Source: Lama guanicoe (lineage: Eukaryota). From it: a DNA stretch of 64,000 bases. The translations under genes were made by a program, and so were the position numbers. The stretch covers positions 2,094,084 through 2,158,083 of the forward strand of contig MU056050.1 of the NCBI GenBank assembly GCA_013239625.1, in the 5' to 3' direction. Below the pieces are notes generated by a model, which was given only the letters and a program-made list of their open reading frames with translations, searched no databases and was not told the DNA's origin. Positions 12,415-24,200 of the stretch are shown piece by piece; the stretch's first letter is position 1; each line of letters starts with the position of its first letter.

Positions 12415-13077
12415 GCAAAGAGAGTGCACGTTTGAAAAATGTATTTGCATTAGACATCATAACCATGTTCTCAGTTTATACAGCACAGTAACTTTTACAA
12501 GTCTGCAGAGTCAGATCCAGTTCTCTTTTTTGAATTACTTTCAGGAGCATACAAGTGTCATTGACTACTAAGTAAAATCTGTGAAAGGAATAAAAAGTCA
12601 TCCCCACTATAGTTGCAAATGGAGCCAGATGGAAATTACAGGACCCACTGCAGACCTAGTAAATCGGAATTTCCAGTTTTGAAGGTGACCACTTCCAACA
12701 TGGGGTCTTTGGACACCCAAAATCTTTCCCTGACCCAAAATGTGTCCTTTGATGTCCCTACCACAACTATCAAGACCCAATTGTTAGAATGGAAGGAGCC
12801 ACCCTTTGAGGCTAACACGTTGGAGAACTGTGTTATAAGGTAAAGCTTTAACACATAGGCAACTGTTTGATTCTATCACTTCTCAAGACCCTGAGGAAAT
12901 AGGACACAGAACAGGTTAAGCTTTGGTTTTTATTGGCAGCAGTCAATGGAGGTCAGGAATGACCTGAAGCTGGGCACACTGGCGCAGCAGGCTGACCTGG
13001 GTGAAGGGCACTAGTGAGGCACACGGAGTAGCCAGGAACTAACTTTAAGGTCCTGGAATTCTGGTGGTGGGGAGCTA

Positions 13078-13597
13078 TGTATCTATTAGGATCATATTAG
13101 GCTGCAAGTAACAAAATCCTATCAGTGGTTTAAACAAATAGGAATTTTAAAAATATATAACAGAAGCCTCCAGGTAGATAGTTGTAAGCATGGGTTCCAC
13201 TGTTCAAGAATGCCATCAAAGACCTACGCTTTCCTTTCTGCTTCACCATCCTTGGCACACTGGCTTTCACCTTCATGATTGTTACCTCGTGGTCACAAGA
13301 TCGCCATGACATCAGTGCTCCTAAGAGGCAGGAAGATGAGGGAAGAGCAGTATCAACCACATCCATCACCTTTTATCAGGAAAACAAAATCTTTGCCAGA
13401 AACCCCCAATAGACTTCCATTTAAATCTCCTTGGCTAGAACTATATTCCATGCCCCACCCATCTAACACCAGTTGCAAGGGAGACTGGGAAAGGGAGTAT
13501 TTAGCTGGGCGCACTGCCACCTTAAACAAAACCAGGATTATGCTAGCAAAGAAGAGGGAAATTGATCCTGGGTAGACAACAAACAGTGCCTGCCAAA
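13078..13597 (-). mobile_element. MLT1-type (ERVL-MaLR) solo LTR
   Basis: tgtatctattagg...ggctgcaagtaacaaaa...ggtcacaagatcgcc...ggctagaactatattccatgcccc...tgcaagggagactgggaaa...acagtgcctgcca. This matches old MLT1 (J/K-like) LTRs in antisense. Confidence 0.75.
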
Positions 13598-15699
13598 GAC
13601 CGAAGGAGAGCTTTGGCTTCTCTCATTCAGTTCAGCTAATACTCACTGGGCACCTACTAGGTGCCAAACACTATGCCATGTGCTGTGACATCTGGCTTTT
13701 GCCTCAGGCTATCCAGAATTCAAAGAATGAAGCTTCTTCACGGGGGTAAATGACCAAAACGAACGTCTAGCTGCACGTCAAGCTTTATTTTGTTCCCAGG
13801 CACCAAGCTGTGCTGAGCTTTGAGAATGTAATTTCATCTAATCTCTCAGATACTTTGGGGCAGAGACTCAAACACCAGCTAACCTGCTCCAGATATGGAC
13901 CTTCACAAAGAAAGGCCTTTGAATTTGAGCTACCAGGGTCATTTTTTAAACTGGTGCATCAGTTATTTTATGCATGCAAATCCCTTTCTGCTTTTTAATT
14001 GGATTTGTGCCTGGATGCACTGCAAATTGCTTTTGAAGATGGACTGCAGAATAGGTTCCAGCTCTGGACAGCAGTACAATGGCACAGGCGCCTCAGGTGC
14101 CAGCTCACCTCCCTACGTTTAGCCATGCAGCCTCCAATCTCATCCTACTTGCTAATGGGTCAGTACAAAGGACTTCTTATAACCTGAAAACGAGCTTTGA
14201 AGACCTCTGCCCCTCAAAAAAGCAAAGGCAAAATGATTAAGAGCTCTAGAATGATTTCAATTAAGGGTTTGTTTCTGGGGATTCTCTCTCCAAGGAAAGA
14301 TGAATAAATGGCTCTTAGGAAAGAAACGATCTTTGCTGCTTTGATGCGGGGAGGGCCAACCAGATAATCCTTGAGCTCAGTAACATTTTGTGTTTAGTAA
14401 AGGCAGAATGGAAAAGGACTTTGGGGATGTCTGGGAGCGTCCAGTAGGGTCACATTGCATAGACTCTACCAAATCAACCTTTTGGCCGGTTGGCAAAACT
14501 ACCTACACAATGTGGTTTGAGAAGGAACTTCTTGCCCACAAGTTTCATTTTCCGTGGCCTGTCAAAGTGGAAGTCCCATTAATGTTGTTTCCTAAGGGCC
14601 TTCTGGTGACAGGTGCATTCTGTTTTCAGGGAAGGGTAATGTTATCTGGGGTTAGTTTATCTGGTTGGCCCATTGTCACCCAGATGAGATCAGGGCTCCA
14701 AAGTTAAGGAACATAAAATGGGCGCTTTTTCTTTTTTTGAGGGATAGAAAAGAGATGGTCTGTAATTTAGGACCCAGGCAGAACTCAGTGAGTTGTTAGG
14801 AGGAAGTCTAGGGAAGGCAAGGAAGAGCGGGTGGGCCCTGGGCTCCTGGGGAGAGAGGGTGCCGAGAGAGGAACAGGAGAGTGGCAGGGCCCTGGGGTGA
14901 GTAGGCAGTCATGGCACTTGTCCTTGTAAAGCTTCTGTTTGAATCAGAGAAGACTAGCCATACTGTCTTTAGGCCCTTCCTTCAAGGAAGCAGAATGTAG
15001 TAAAGCAGCCAGCGTGGTGTCTTATAGACACTTACAGAAAGTGTCTAATAAATCCAGACCATGAAAGGTTGCATGAAGAAGTTTGAAGGGGAGGATGTGG
15101 TTCATGGAAGGGCAGAAGAACCTCAGTGGAATAAATCAAAGTGTTCATTCCTACTCTGTGCCATCCAGTGCATCCCCTGTGCTTTCCCCATATCTGATAT
15201 GAAATCCCACCTAACAAAACATCTCTATGGAGTCGCATTGGAATTGGTGGGTGGGGAGGGTGAAGATAACTTGTGGAGTAGGAGAAATAAAATGGCTAGA
15301 GAAGAGCCATAGGAAGGAGAATAAAAGAAGCAGGTGGAGGTGGAAGCAAAAGGGAGAAGGGATGTCAAAAAGGAAAGGGAATTTGACGGTTGATATTATT
15401 TATATTCTTAAGATATACATAATTTGTATTGCATGTGTGCTCGAAGTTTTCCCAGTTTTTTCTTTTAACTTTCTATAATTAATAATTATTTTTATATCAT
15501 GAGATTATATATCTGCCTATCTCCTCTTCTCATAAATTTCCATTTTATTATTTTTACTTTGCCAAATTAACTTATATTTTATTTTGTTTTAATTTTCTCT
15601 GTGACCCACTATTTATGAATTATAATATTTTATTTATGGAATTTATTTAAAAAGAGGTAAAGGGAAATCACAGACATGGGATATTAAAATAATAATAAT

Positions 15700-15870
15700 G
15701 ACGGTAACACTAATAAAAGCCAACACTTTTATGAAACCTGCTATGTGTACCTATTGGAAGCACCTCACATGCATTAACTCATTTAATTTTTCCAATCATC
15801 TTATGAAGTAGATTTATTATTATTATCATCCCATTTTATAGACTAGGATATGGAGGCACAGAGAGTTTGA
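15700..15870 (-). mobile_element. MIR SINE
   Basis: attaactcatttaat...tcatcccattttatagactagg...ggaggcacagagag. Confidence 0.75.
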
Positions 15871-15914
15871 GTCAAGATTTGATATTTATAAAGCAGAATA
15901 CAAGTGATAAAGAG

Positions 15915-16022
15915 GCTATTTGATCTTTAGACTTTTCAGCTACTTAAGCCAATAATACCTTTTTAAAAAGTCAGTTTAAGTCAGATTTCTGTCTTTTGCA
16001 ACCAAAGAGCCCTTACTAATAC
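15915..16022 (+). mobile_element. MLT1 LTR 3' fragment
   Basis: agacttttcagctacttaagccaataa...tttctgtcttttgcaaccaaagagcccttactaata. Confidence 0.6.
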
Positions 16023-16034
16023 TAATTAAAGAAA

Positions 16035-16275
16035 CCAACATCTATTGGCTGCTTATCATGGACAAGACACTGGCTTAGGTGTTTTATATACATTATTTTA
16101 TTTAATCCTGACAATCCAATGGGTTAAGTACTGTTATTATTATCCTCATTATGAAAATGAAGAAGCTGAAGCACAGAGACGTTAAGTAACTTACACAGAG
16201 TCATGCAGTTAATAGGTAGCAGAGCTGGGACATAAACTTCTGTAGTCTGACTCCAGACTCTGCTGGTAACAACAC
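16035..16275 (-). mobile_element. MIR SINE
   Basis: tttaatcctgacaat...gaagctgaagcacagagacgttaagtaacttacacagagtcatgcag...gcagagctggga...gtctgactccaga. Confidence 0.85.
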
Positions 16276-17777
16276 TACCAATCTTTGGTAGACAAAGACA
16301 GAAGAAGAGAATTTCACCAATCAGCAGTGAATAGCAGAAACTGAAGGCAGCTGAATTCCAAGTGTTCCCTTTAATGAATAACCCGATAAAGTTATAGACA
16401 CTCTTTCACACTTCCAAGAAATCAGCTGCTCCTCAGGTGAGCATGTGTTTGGAGGGTCTTTAATCTTAAGACACTTATTTCTGACGTCTTGTAGCCTTGA
16501 CTCTCCAGGAAGGAATTCCTTAGCACTAACTGAAGCTAGCTCTAGAATTTCCTGTGCCCAAAGAGACTCCCTTCTAAACAGGAAAAGGAAGAACGCATGA
16601 TGAAGGCATGTATCTCTGTAGCTGTGGCCTGGAAGACTTCCTGGAATGGGAGACCAGTAGCAGGGAAGACCTGGGAAGACCATGCTGAGGGTCAGGAGCC
16701 AGCATCCATTGAGCAAAGTCTATCTCTGTTCTTACGGGCCTGCGGCCTCTCACTACAATGGAGTCAGGCATCATCTTTAGGACTTTAGGTCAACCCCTAA
16801 GAGCATTCCCTCATCTACAAGGGTCTTACATATAATTAATTGCTGCAGCTTCACTGCAGAAGGAATTGTGTGTATGTTTTTAGTGATTTTGTTGTTTTAT
16901 TTTTAATGTACATGAAACCCTGTCTTCCGGGAATAAATATTGGCCAAAGAATGATAGCCTATCCGTAATTGGGGTTTAAACAGTTAAAGATTATGAACGA
17001 CTTTCATTGTTTTTATAACTATTAGGAGGCTCCCTTGATAATTTCCAGCTGATTTATATTTTGGTCTCTATTTCTGCATAGACACCATAAAAAATGCTGT
17101 ATTAAATAATATCATATTAAAAACAAAACTGGAACTTAATCTTCACTTAAGAGTCAAACAATAATTTTTATCAGCCTTTGCAAATGGGCCTTGCTTCCCA
17201 TTCATTAAATGTCTATAAATGTTTGCTAGTTCTTAGAGGTTGAATGATTAAAAGGATAGGAGAGATGTGAATTTTAAAAAATCAATCACTGTTTGTAGCT
17301 CTGTTCCAAAATATATCCTTCGTGGCACGGTAGATCTTCTCCATGAGACTAGTTAATAACAAGCATTCTGCATATTTTATAATTATGTGCACTGCCAGCA
17401 GAGTGTAGTCAGATTTATTGTACATTTGAGTCCCCGGAATCAGAGTCGTGCCTCACAGCACCTATCATAACAAATGGCATGGAGGGGTTCTTTATATCAC
17501 AGGATGCTGAGTTGGATATTTAAATAGCATACCCAGGAAGTGTTCTGAGTTATAGTCGCCCCACGAGAGGGGCATCATCCAAAGTACATTATGATTTAAG
17601 TGTCATGGTCCATAGCTGGAGCCAGACGCTCACTGAGTCAGAATTAGGATCTATAAGAAAGGGAACAAATAATTGTTCCAGAGAAACCCAAGTTGGCTAG
17701 GAGCAGATTGATCAGAAACATTTGTTAGTTCTGATTGGGTTTGGGGCATACTCTAATTCTTAGACGTAAGAGGCAAA

Positions 17778-17778
<1 letters not shown>

Positions 17779-17824
<46 letters not shown>
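17779..17824. repeat. (CA)23 microsatellite
   Basis: Perfect dinucleotide run, read directly. Confidence 0.97.
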
Positions 17825-17827
<3 letters not shown>

Positions 17828-19102
17828 TACTTTTTTGGATCAAGGACATATTTGGTGGAAGCACGGGAGAGGGTCTAATCTCCTAAACCTCTTTTCTATC
17901 TCCATCCTTAAAAATGTTGGAATGTGTCACTAAGATAAATGATTTGTGGGTAGAAACGCTTTCCTTCTCTGGCATAAAAGGTATTCTGTAAGTGAAACAG
18001 TATTTCTCTATTCCCACCTTGGAGTAAAGGGAGAAGGATCTTTGCTTTTCCATCATATATGTAGGAAGTTTGAAGAATAATTTTTTAATTTAAATGTGTA
18101 CACAATAATTGCTAATGGTACCTGACTTTTTATATCACTTTTACTTGGCAACTTTTTATCCTCAGGAAATGCCTGTGTATCTGACCACTAAGGCTGGTAT
18201 GATTAACTCTACCTTGACAGGCTTGGAGAGGTGAGGCAACTTAAGCAAGTTTCCACACTAAATCAATATAGAGGGCAGACTGACTTGTAGGTCTAATGAC
18301 TTCTGGCCCAGTGGTCTTCCTATTGAACTGTGCTATCTAGAGCCTGTGCTGCCCTTGTTAATCTACTTTGAGAAAAGTATGTAAATAAATGTCTAAGATG
18401 TTGTTTTCTTACCCTATGCTCATGAATCAAACTGGTGCACTTCTGTCCTGCTACCAGCACCCTCCCCATCTTCCACCCCACCTTCACACACCATTTAAAA
18501 GCTCATGTCTCCTGCTACTGGGCAAGAGGCTAGAACATCCAGATCATCTAACTGGGACTTGAGATAAAATTATACTATGTTCCCTCAGAAATTACTTTGA
18601 CACAGTTACTCCAATAATAAACAGTGGAAAATACAATGTTAAGTACAATCAGCAAATCGCAATGGCCTTAATTGGCATTACTAATTTCTGCACACAAATG
18701 GATAGTTACACTACTTTTCTTCCAAATTTCAGTTTGGACATGCAAAGTCCACTTAGTTCACTGGAGCAGAAAGCAGAAGCCCTTACCAAAGTTGACCATC
18801 CACATGGCACCAGGTAGCCTATGCCTTAAACTCATCTTTACATTGTCCACAGTAACCGTTTGCACAAAGCAATGCACGGAGTAAGGTTTTGAATAAGGGC
18901 TTCTTGAATGACTGCTCATGACCAGCCTCAAATGTCTGTATTATTGTTCATTCCACGAGAAAAAAACACGTGACTTCACCATATTTATATTGTTATATGT
19001 AATACAAGTGCTTATATACCTTAGTTTATTAAATGGATTCAAGCATGGCGCTACCAAAACATACCACTTATGGAGAAGACCCTAGAGATGCTGTAGCCTA
19101 TA

Positions 19103-19277
19103 GCCTTGCTAATGTGAAGTGTGGTTCAGAGACCAGAAGCATCAGCATCATCTGGGAGCTCATCAGAAATGTCAGCGTCTCAGGCCCCACTACACACCTA
19201 TGGCATCAGAATCCACTTCACAAGATTCCCATGTGATTCATATGATTCATGTGCACATGAAGGCTTGGGAAGCACTG
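19103..19277. mobile_element. MER5A1-like hAT-Charlie MITE
   Basis: ccttgcta...aagtgtggttcagagaccagaagcatcagcatcatctgggagct...gggaagcactg. Confidence 0.8.
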
Positions 19278-19536
19278 CATTATGACAAAAGTTGTCAGCC
19301 TTGTCACTACACACCAACAGTCACACCGCATATTCTGGTCCACAAATTCTTCTTGAGCTCCTATGGGTTTATTAGATGCTATAGAGAATATAGAAGAAGG
19401 AAATGGCATGGTTTTTACTCAGGACAATATATAATCTAGTCCTAAATTGTGTGCTTTATATCCCAATAATGCTGTCATAGGGAAGATCTGGTGGGTTGGA
19501 TTATTTAGGGAAGGCTTTTTAGAAATAGAATTTTCA

Positions 19537-19624
19537 GAGGGGAGGGAAATAGCTCGGTGGTAGAGAGCATGCTTAGCACACACAAGGTCCTGGGATCAAT
19601 CCCCAGTGCCTCAATTTTCTTTTA
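19537..19624 (+). mobile_element. tRNA-derived SINE, Vic-1-like (camelid), short copy
   Basis: ggggaggg head, A-box tagctcggtgg, B-box ggatcaatccc. Degenerate TSD agaaatagaattttca/aaaaatgtagttttca. Confidence 0.8.
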
Positions 19625-19687
19625 AAAAATGTAGTTTTCACAGATCACCAATCAGTATTTTGGAAAGTAGGGAAAACTGGTAACAAT

Positions 19688-20180
19688 AGCTACTGTTTAT
19701 CAAGTACTTCTATTTGTCAAGGCCCTAGGTTTCAATTTTTAATATATGATCCCATTTAATCCTTACGTTAACCCAATGACTTAGGTAAAGTATAGTGGCT
19801 AAGTGTGCCAGCTCTGAAATCAGATGGTCTAGGTTTGAATCCCGCCTTTGCTATTTACTAGCTGTGTGATCATGGGCAAAATATTTAAACTCTCTGTGCC
19901 TTAATTTCCTTAGCTATAAAATGGAGAAAAAAGTAGTACTTATCTCAGAGACTAGCTACTTACGAAGATTAAAGGAGTTGATATGCATGAAACACTTCGA
20001 ACAATGCCCAGCACATAGTAACCATCCAATAAATGTCAGGTATTACGATTTTAATGTTATGAATGGGGAAATTGATGCACAGAGAAGTTAAATAACTTTT
20101 CCAAAATTACACAGCTGGTAAGTGGTAGAGCTAGAACTTGAACACTGCTTTGTGTGACTACAGAGCCCATACTCTTAACT
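19688..20180. mobile_element. MIR (+, about 19788-20042) nested inside a MIR (-, about 19688-19787 and 20043-20180)
   Basis: The antisense MIR halves join in consensus order around a near full-length sense MIR. Junctions are ttaggta/tcaggta. Confidence 0.75.
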
Positions 20181-20609
20181 CTGTTACGTACCTTAAAATG
20201 TGCCCCTGGAGGGAGAAGGGGACAGCCATTCTAAATCCAAACTTCTGAGGTGACTGTGAGCCAAATCCTGCCATGGATGCTGGGCCTACACAAGACTTAG
20301 ACTATTAGCTGAAAATGTTTGTTGTAATGCCTTCATATAAGGTTTCAAGCAGATTTCACTGTTTGAAACAAAGCTCATAAATATTTTGTTTTTTGAGGAG
20401 TGGGTATGGCTTCACCCAACAATTCACACTCTTGTTCCTGGATAACTTCATGACCAGTGACAGGGACTTCCTAGATTGCTGACAAGAGAAAGGAGCACGG
20501 GCTGTACCCAAGGCCCAGAATAAAGGTATTGGGCCCTGATGAGCTCATTGTATAAGTAACAGTGTTTCTGTATAAACCACACCTTTAAAAGACAGATTGA
20601 AAATGTTCA

Positions 20610-20800
20610 GGGGGAGGGTGTAGCCCAGTGGTAGAGCACATGCCTAGCATTTATGAGGTCCTGGGTTCAATCCCCAGCACCTCCATTAAATAAATAAATA
20701 GATAAATAAACCTAATTACCTCCCCCCACCAAAATAAATAAATAAAACTAGACTGCTTTTTTAAAAGTCATTTTTGAAAAACAATTTAAAAAAAGAAAGA
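20610..20800 (+). mobile_element. tRNA-derived SINE, Vic-1-like (camelid)
   Basis: gggggagggtgtagcccagtggtagagcacatgcctagc...gtcctgggttcaatcccc, then (TAAA)n, cctaattacctcccc and an A-rich tail. Confidence 0.85.
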
Positions 20801-21109
20801 AAAAGTATTCAGGATGGTTTGGAATCATATTTAAGTCCTGAAAGATGGCACTGGATTAGAGAATAGATTTTGCTTCTTTTTATTCCAGGTTCTTGTTCAG
20901 ATAAGATGAATTCGGTGTTAAAATTTTGGCTAAGCTCCGTTCTGTGTGATCTCGAGTCAATCAGTATCCTTCTCTGGACGTTAGTTTCCAAATCTTAAAT
21001 GAAGATTGATTGGATGGCCTTTAAATTCTTTCCAACTCCAATATATTCTTTACCATTTTGAAAGCATGTTTCATCCACACCAGTTTTCTCCTCCCCAGTC
21101 TCTTCTGAG

Positions 21110-21292
21110 ATGGAAAGTGCACAAGCTTTGGAACCCGATAGACCTAGGATTGCTTCCTTACTCCCCCAACGCTTAGAAGCAGGGTGAACTTGGCCAAAAC
21201 ATGCTCCTCTCTGGGACCTCAGTTTCCTCTTAGAGATAATAATATTCCCACTTCACAGGGTTACTGGTGGGTTTATGTAGTAGAAGGCACTT
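21110..21292 (+). mobile_element. MIR SINE
   Basis: gctttggaacccgatagacctagg...cctcagtttcctc...gataataatattcccacttcacagggtt. Confidence 0.7.
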
Positions 21293-24200
21293 GGTTTATT
21301 GACTCAGGTCTCTCCATGACTTTCTGAGGATTGGTATATGGGTCTATTACTCCGTTTGCACTGAACCACTTTGGAGTGCTAAGAGAAGTCAACAGTAACA
21401 CTGGCCAAGTCTGTTCTCCTGATACTGAAATCTTTTCCTATAAGCTAGAAGTTTCCATTGAGGTTTAATCTTTTGAAAAGGTCAGAGAAAGGCTGGGGAA
21501 ATAACTATTTCAAAAGTCATGGCGATTCCATCCTCTGTCTAAGCCTAAAAGGACAAGTGTCCAATATTACACACCTGCAGTAGGATTTCTTTCCGCTGGC
21601 CTGGGTGCCCAGGGACTGTTTCAACTTCAGGTTTGGGAACATAAGATTTCATTTGTCAATCCTTTCACCATTTTCTCACCCTTGAAGGGTCTCCTATTAT
21701 TTTTAAGGATCACTGTACAATTTATTTAAAATCAAATTAATTTTAGTGCATTTAGATTTTATTCAGATATGCCCTGTGGCACTTTGACAGAAAGGTAAGC
21801 TACGGGATCTAGCAAGGGTGTGTCCAGGCTCCTGACCAACCTGTGGGGAAGCACAATTTCTCAGTAGTGGGCAGGATGCAGGTTTGTCATTTGACCAACC
21901 AAACACATCATAAAATCACTCACTTGTTTTCAGAGAAGTGCTTTGGTCCAGGTAGGAAGGCTTAGTTCTCCCTGGTCAGGGACTACCCAGAGAAATGAAA
22001 GGACACTTCTAAGGAGTATTTGTCACCATAATTTGGGTGACAATGTGCTGTATACGGGAAAAGATATTAAATTGAATTAAAATGTATAACTCATCCACTG
22101 GCACATCTGCTGGGAATGGTCTGTCATCCATTTATCAGAGTCATATGCTTTACTATTTAAACATTTTACGGAAACGTATATCTGGGAAGGCACGGTGGTT
22201 AAAAGGGCCACCTCTTTCCCTGAAGTTCCATCTATGCTTAACGCTTTGCATGACTGATTTCAGGCAGGGTCAGTACTGGTCTGGTGCCACTCTTTACAGT
22301 AAGACCATGGTTCTTTGGCCCCACAGTCTTGATCACTCTATCTCGACTTCCAAATGCCATGCCCCAGGAGCATTCTAGCTTGCTTCAGGCAATTCCTCTG
22401 GGGGGAGGATCTCCCATAACCCAAAAGGCCCCAGTTTTAGTGCTAAACCCAAAGAGAATCCAATGAATACATGTCCTGTATCTGCTCTAATTTCAGGTTC
22501 CAAAATAACATTTAGCTATCTTTTTATAGTAAAATCTGATCAACCAGAGTCTGATGGGTCAGAAACTCCAAACAGCCAGAATTTCTGCCCAGAGTTTTTA
22601 GGAAAAAAACAAGTGATTTAAAGAAAAAAAAAAGAGCAGGTGATATCAGAGATTTAGTAAAAGTGACAATTTCCTTCGGCTTCTCCAGGGTTGGCACACA
22701 TTTAGTCAACTGCTTCCACTTTTGACTTCCACAGTCTTAGGCAATGAATATCTATGTTCAAAATGACGACTCTGACATATTGCAAGACTCTTGGGCACCA
22801 AGAAAGATTCTGCAGTATTCACTTGGTTATATTTATTAAAGAAGAAAAGTGGACCTACATGCATCAGAGACATTTCAATAGCATTTCAATAACAATAACA
22901 AGGACTTTCTGTCAAGCACTCAGGTACCCAGAAAATTCTATATAAGTTAGTGGAAGTCACTTTTCCCCTCCGCCTCCCTTTACACATCTCTGAGTATGCC
23001 ACATTTCCCCCTAGCCCTTAGTGTGTACATCTGTAAAATAAAAGGCTTTGATTAGATGATAGCTGAAGTCCCTGTCCATTCTGATGCTCCATGATTATGT
23101 CGCCTCTGTGATCTTTTGCATGGCCTCTATACATTGGGCTATATGGATGATTCTAGCAAGGCCTACCTCAAAGGAAAATAGTTCCTCTGAGGCTCTCTCT
23201 TTCATTCAGTGTCTTTGATGTACCAAAGGCCAGGGAGACAGTCTCAGGACTATCAGCCCAAGGTGACTAAGGGCAGAGGTTTTGCTGATCCCATCTGAGG
23301 AATTCTATCAGAGACCCTTTGATGACTATCCCTTAAGAGGGCTGATGAGGCCAACTCCCATGTAAGAATAGAAATCCATCTGACAAGCATAGAAATATTA
23401 AATAAAGAATTAAATAAAGGAAAGTTTGGCAACTGCTTCCAAGAGGGTATACTGGCCTGGAGCTAGTTTGAAATTAAGTTTGTATTATTAATTGAAAAGC
23501 AAGACGAGAGTCTTAGAATAAATCAGATAAAATAAATAAAGAGAAGATTTCACTTACTTTCAACAATGCCACAGGCAGTCTTGGGATTTGGTGGCAGTCT
23601 TAACGCAAATGCCTTATCTTCTTAAGATTTTTCTCTGCCAACTCTCAGCAGGCTCAAAATGCGCTTCTGGTCCTCTCTGCCTTAAATGGTGATAGTATAA
23701 AGCTTCAATGACAAAAAAAGAGAATCTTGAAAGTTCTAGAATGTTAAATATTTCTGAAGACATAACTCACCCCCCAAATAAATCTAGCACCTGGATTCTT
23801 CCTCCCACAAGAAAAACTTGCTCTTAAAACCTTGCCCGAGCCACAGTCATCAAACTTAGAACTTGGGCTTCTAGGAGGCTAAGAAAAACTTTCTTTCAAA
23901 TGAAGTTTCTGCCCGATGACCTAATTTTGAACTCATGCCCACCCAAACACAAAGTAAAACTCTGCTGCCAATTCTGGCTGCTGGACGGTGACTTGTTCCA
24001 CTTACTAAAGAGTGTGATGCCAAGACTTAGAAACTAATAAAACAGAGTAAAAATAAACAAAACCGAGAAATCAGAAAAATGACTGCATGAGTACAATATT
24101 ATCTGTATAATTTATATATCCCAACATACAGATTTTCCACACAGATCCAAAAGATACATCTCATGCCAAGAATTAACATCGAGACTTTAGAAGACTGGTT

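Noticed and set aside
19537..19624. tRNA genes here and at 20610 and 49123
   Set aside because: G-rich heads, degraded stems, A-rich tails and TSD-like flanks mark them as SINEs.
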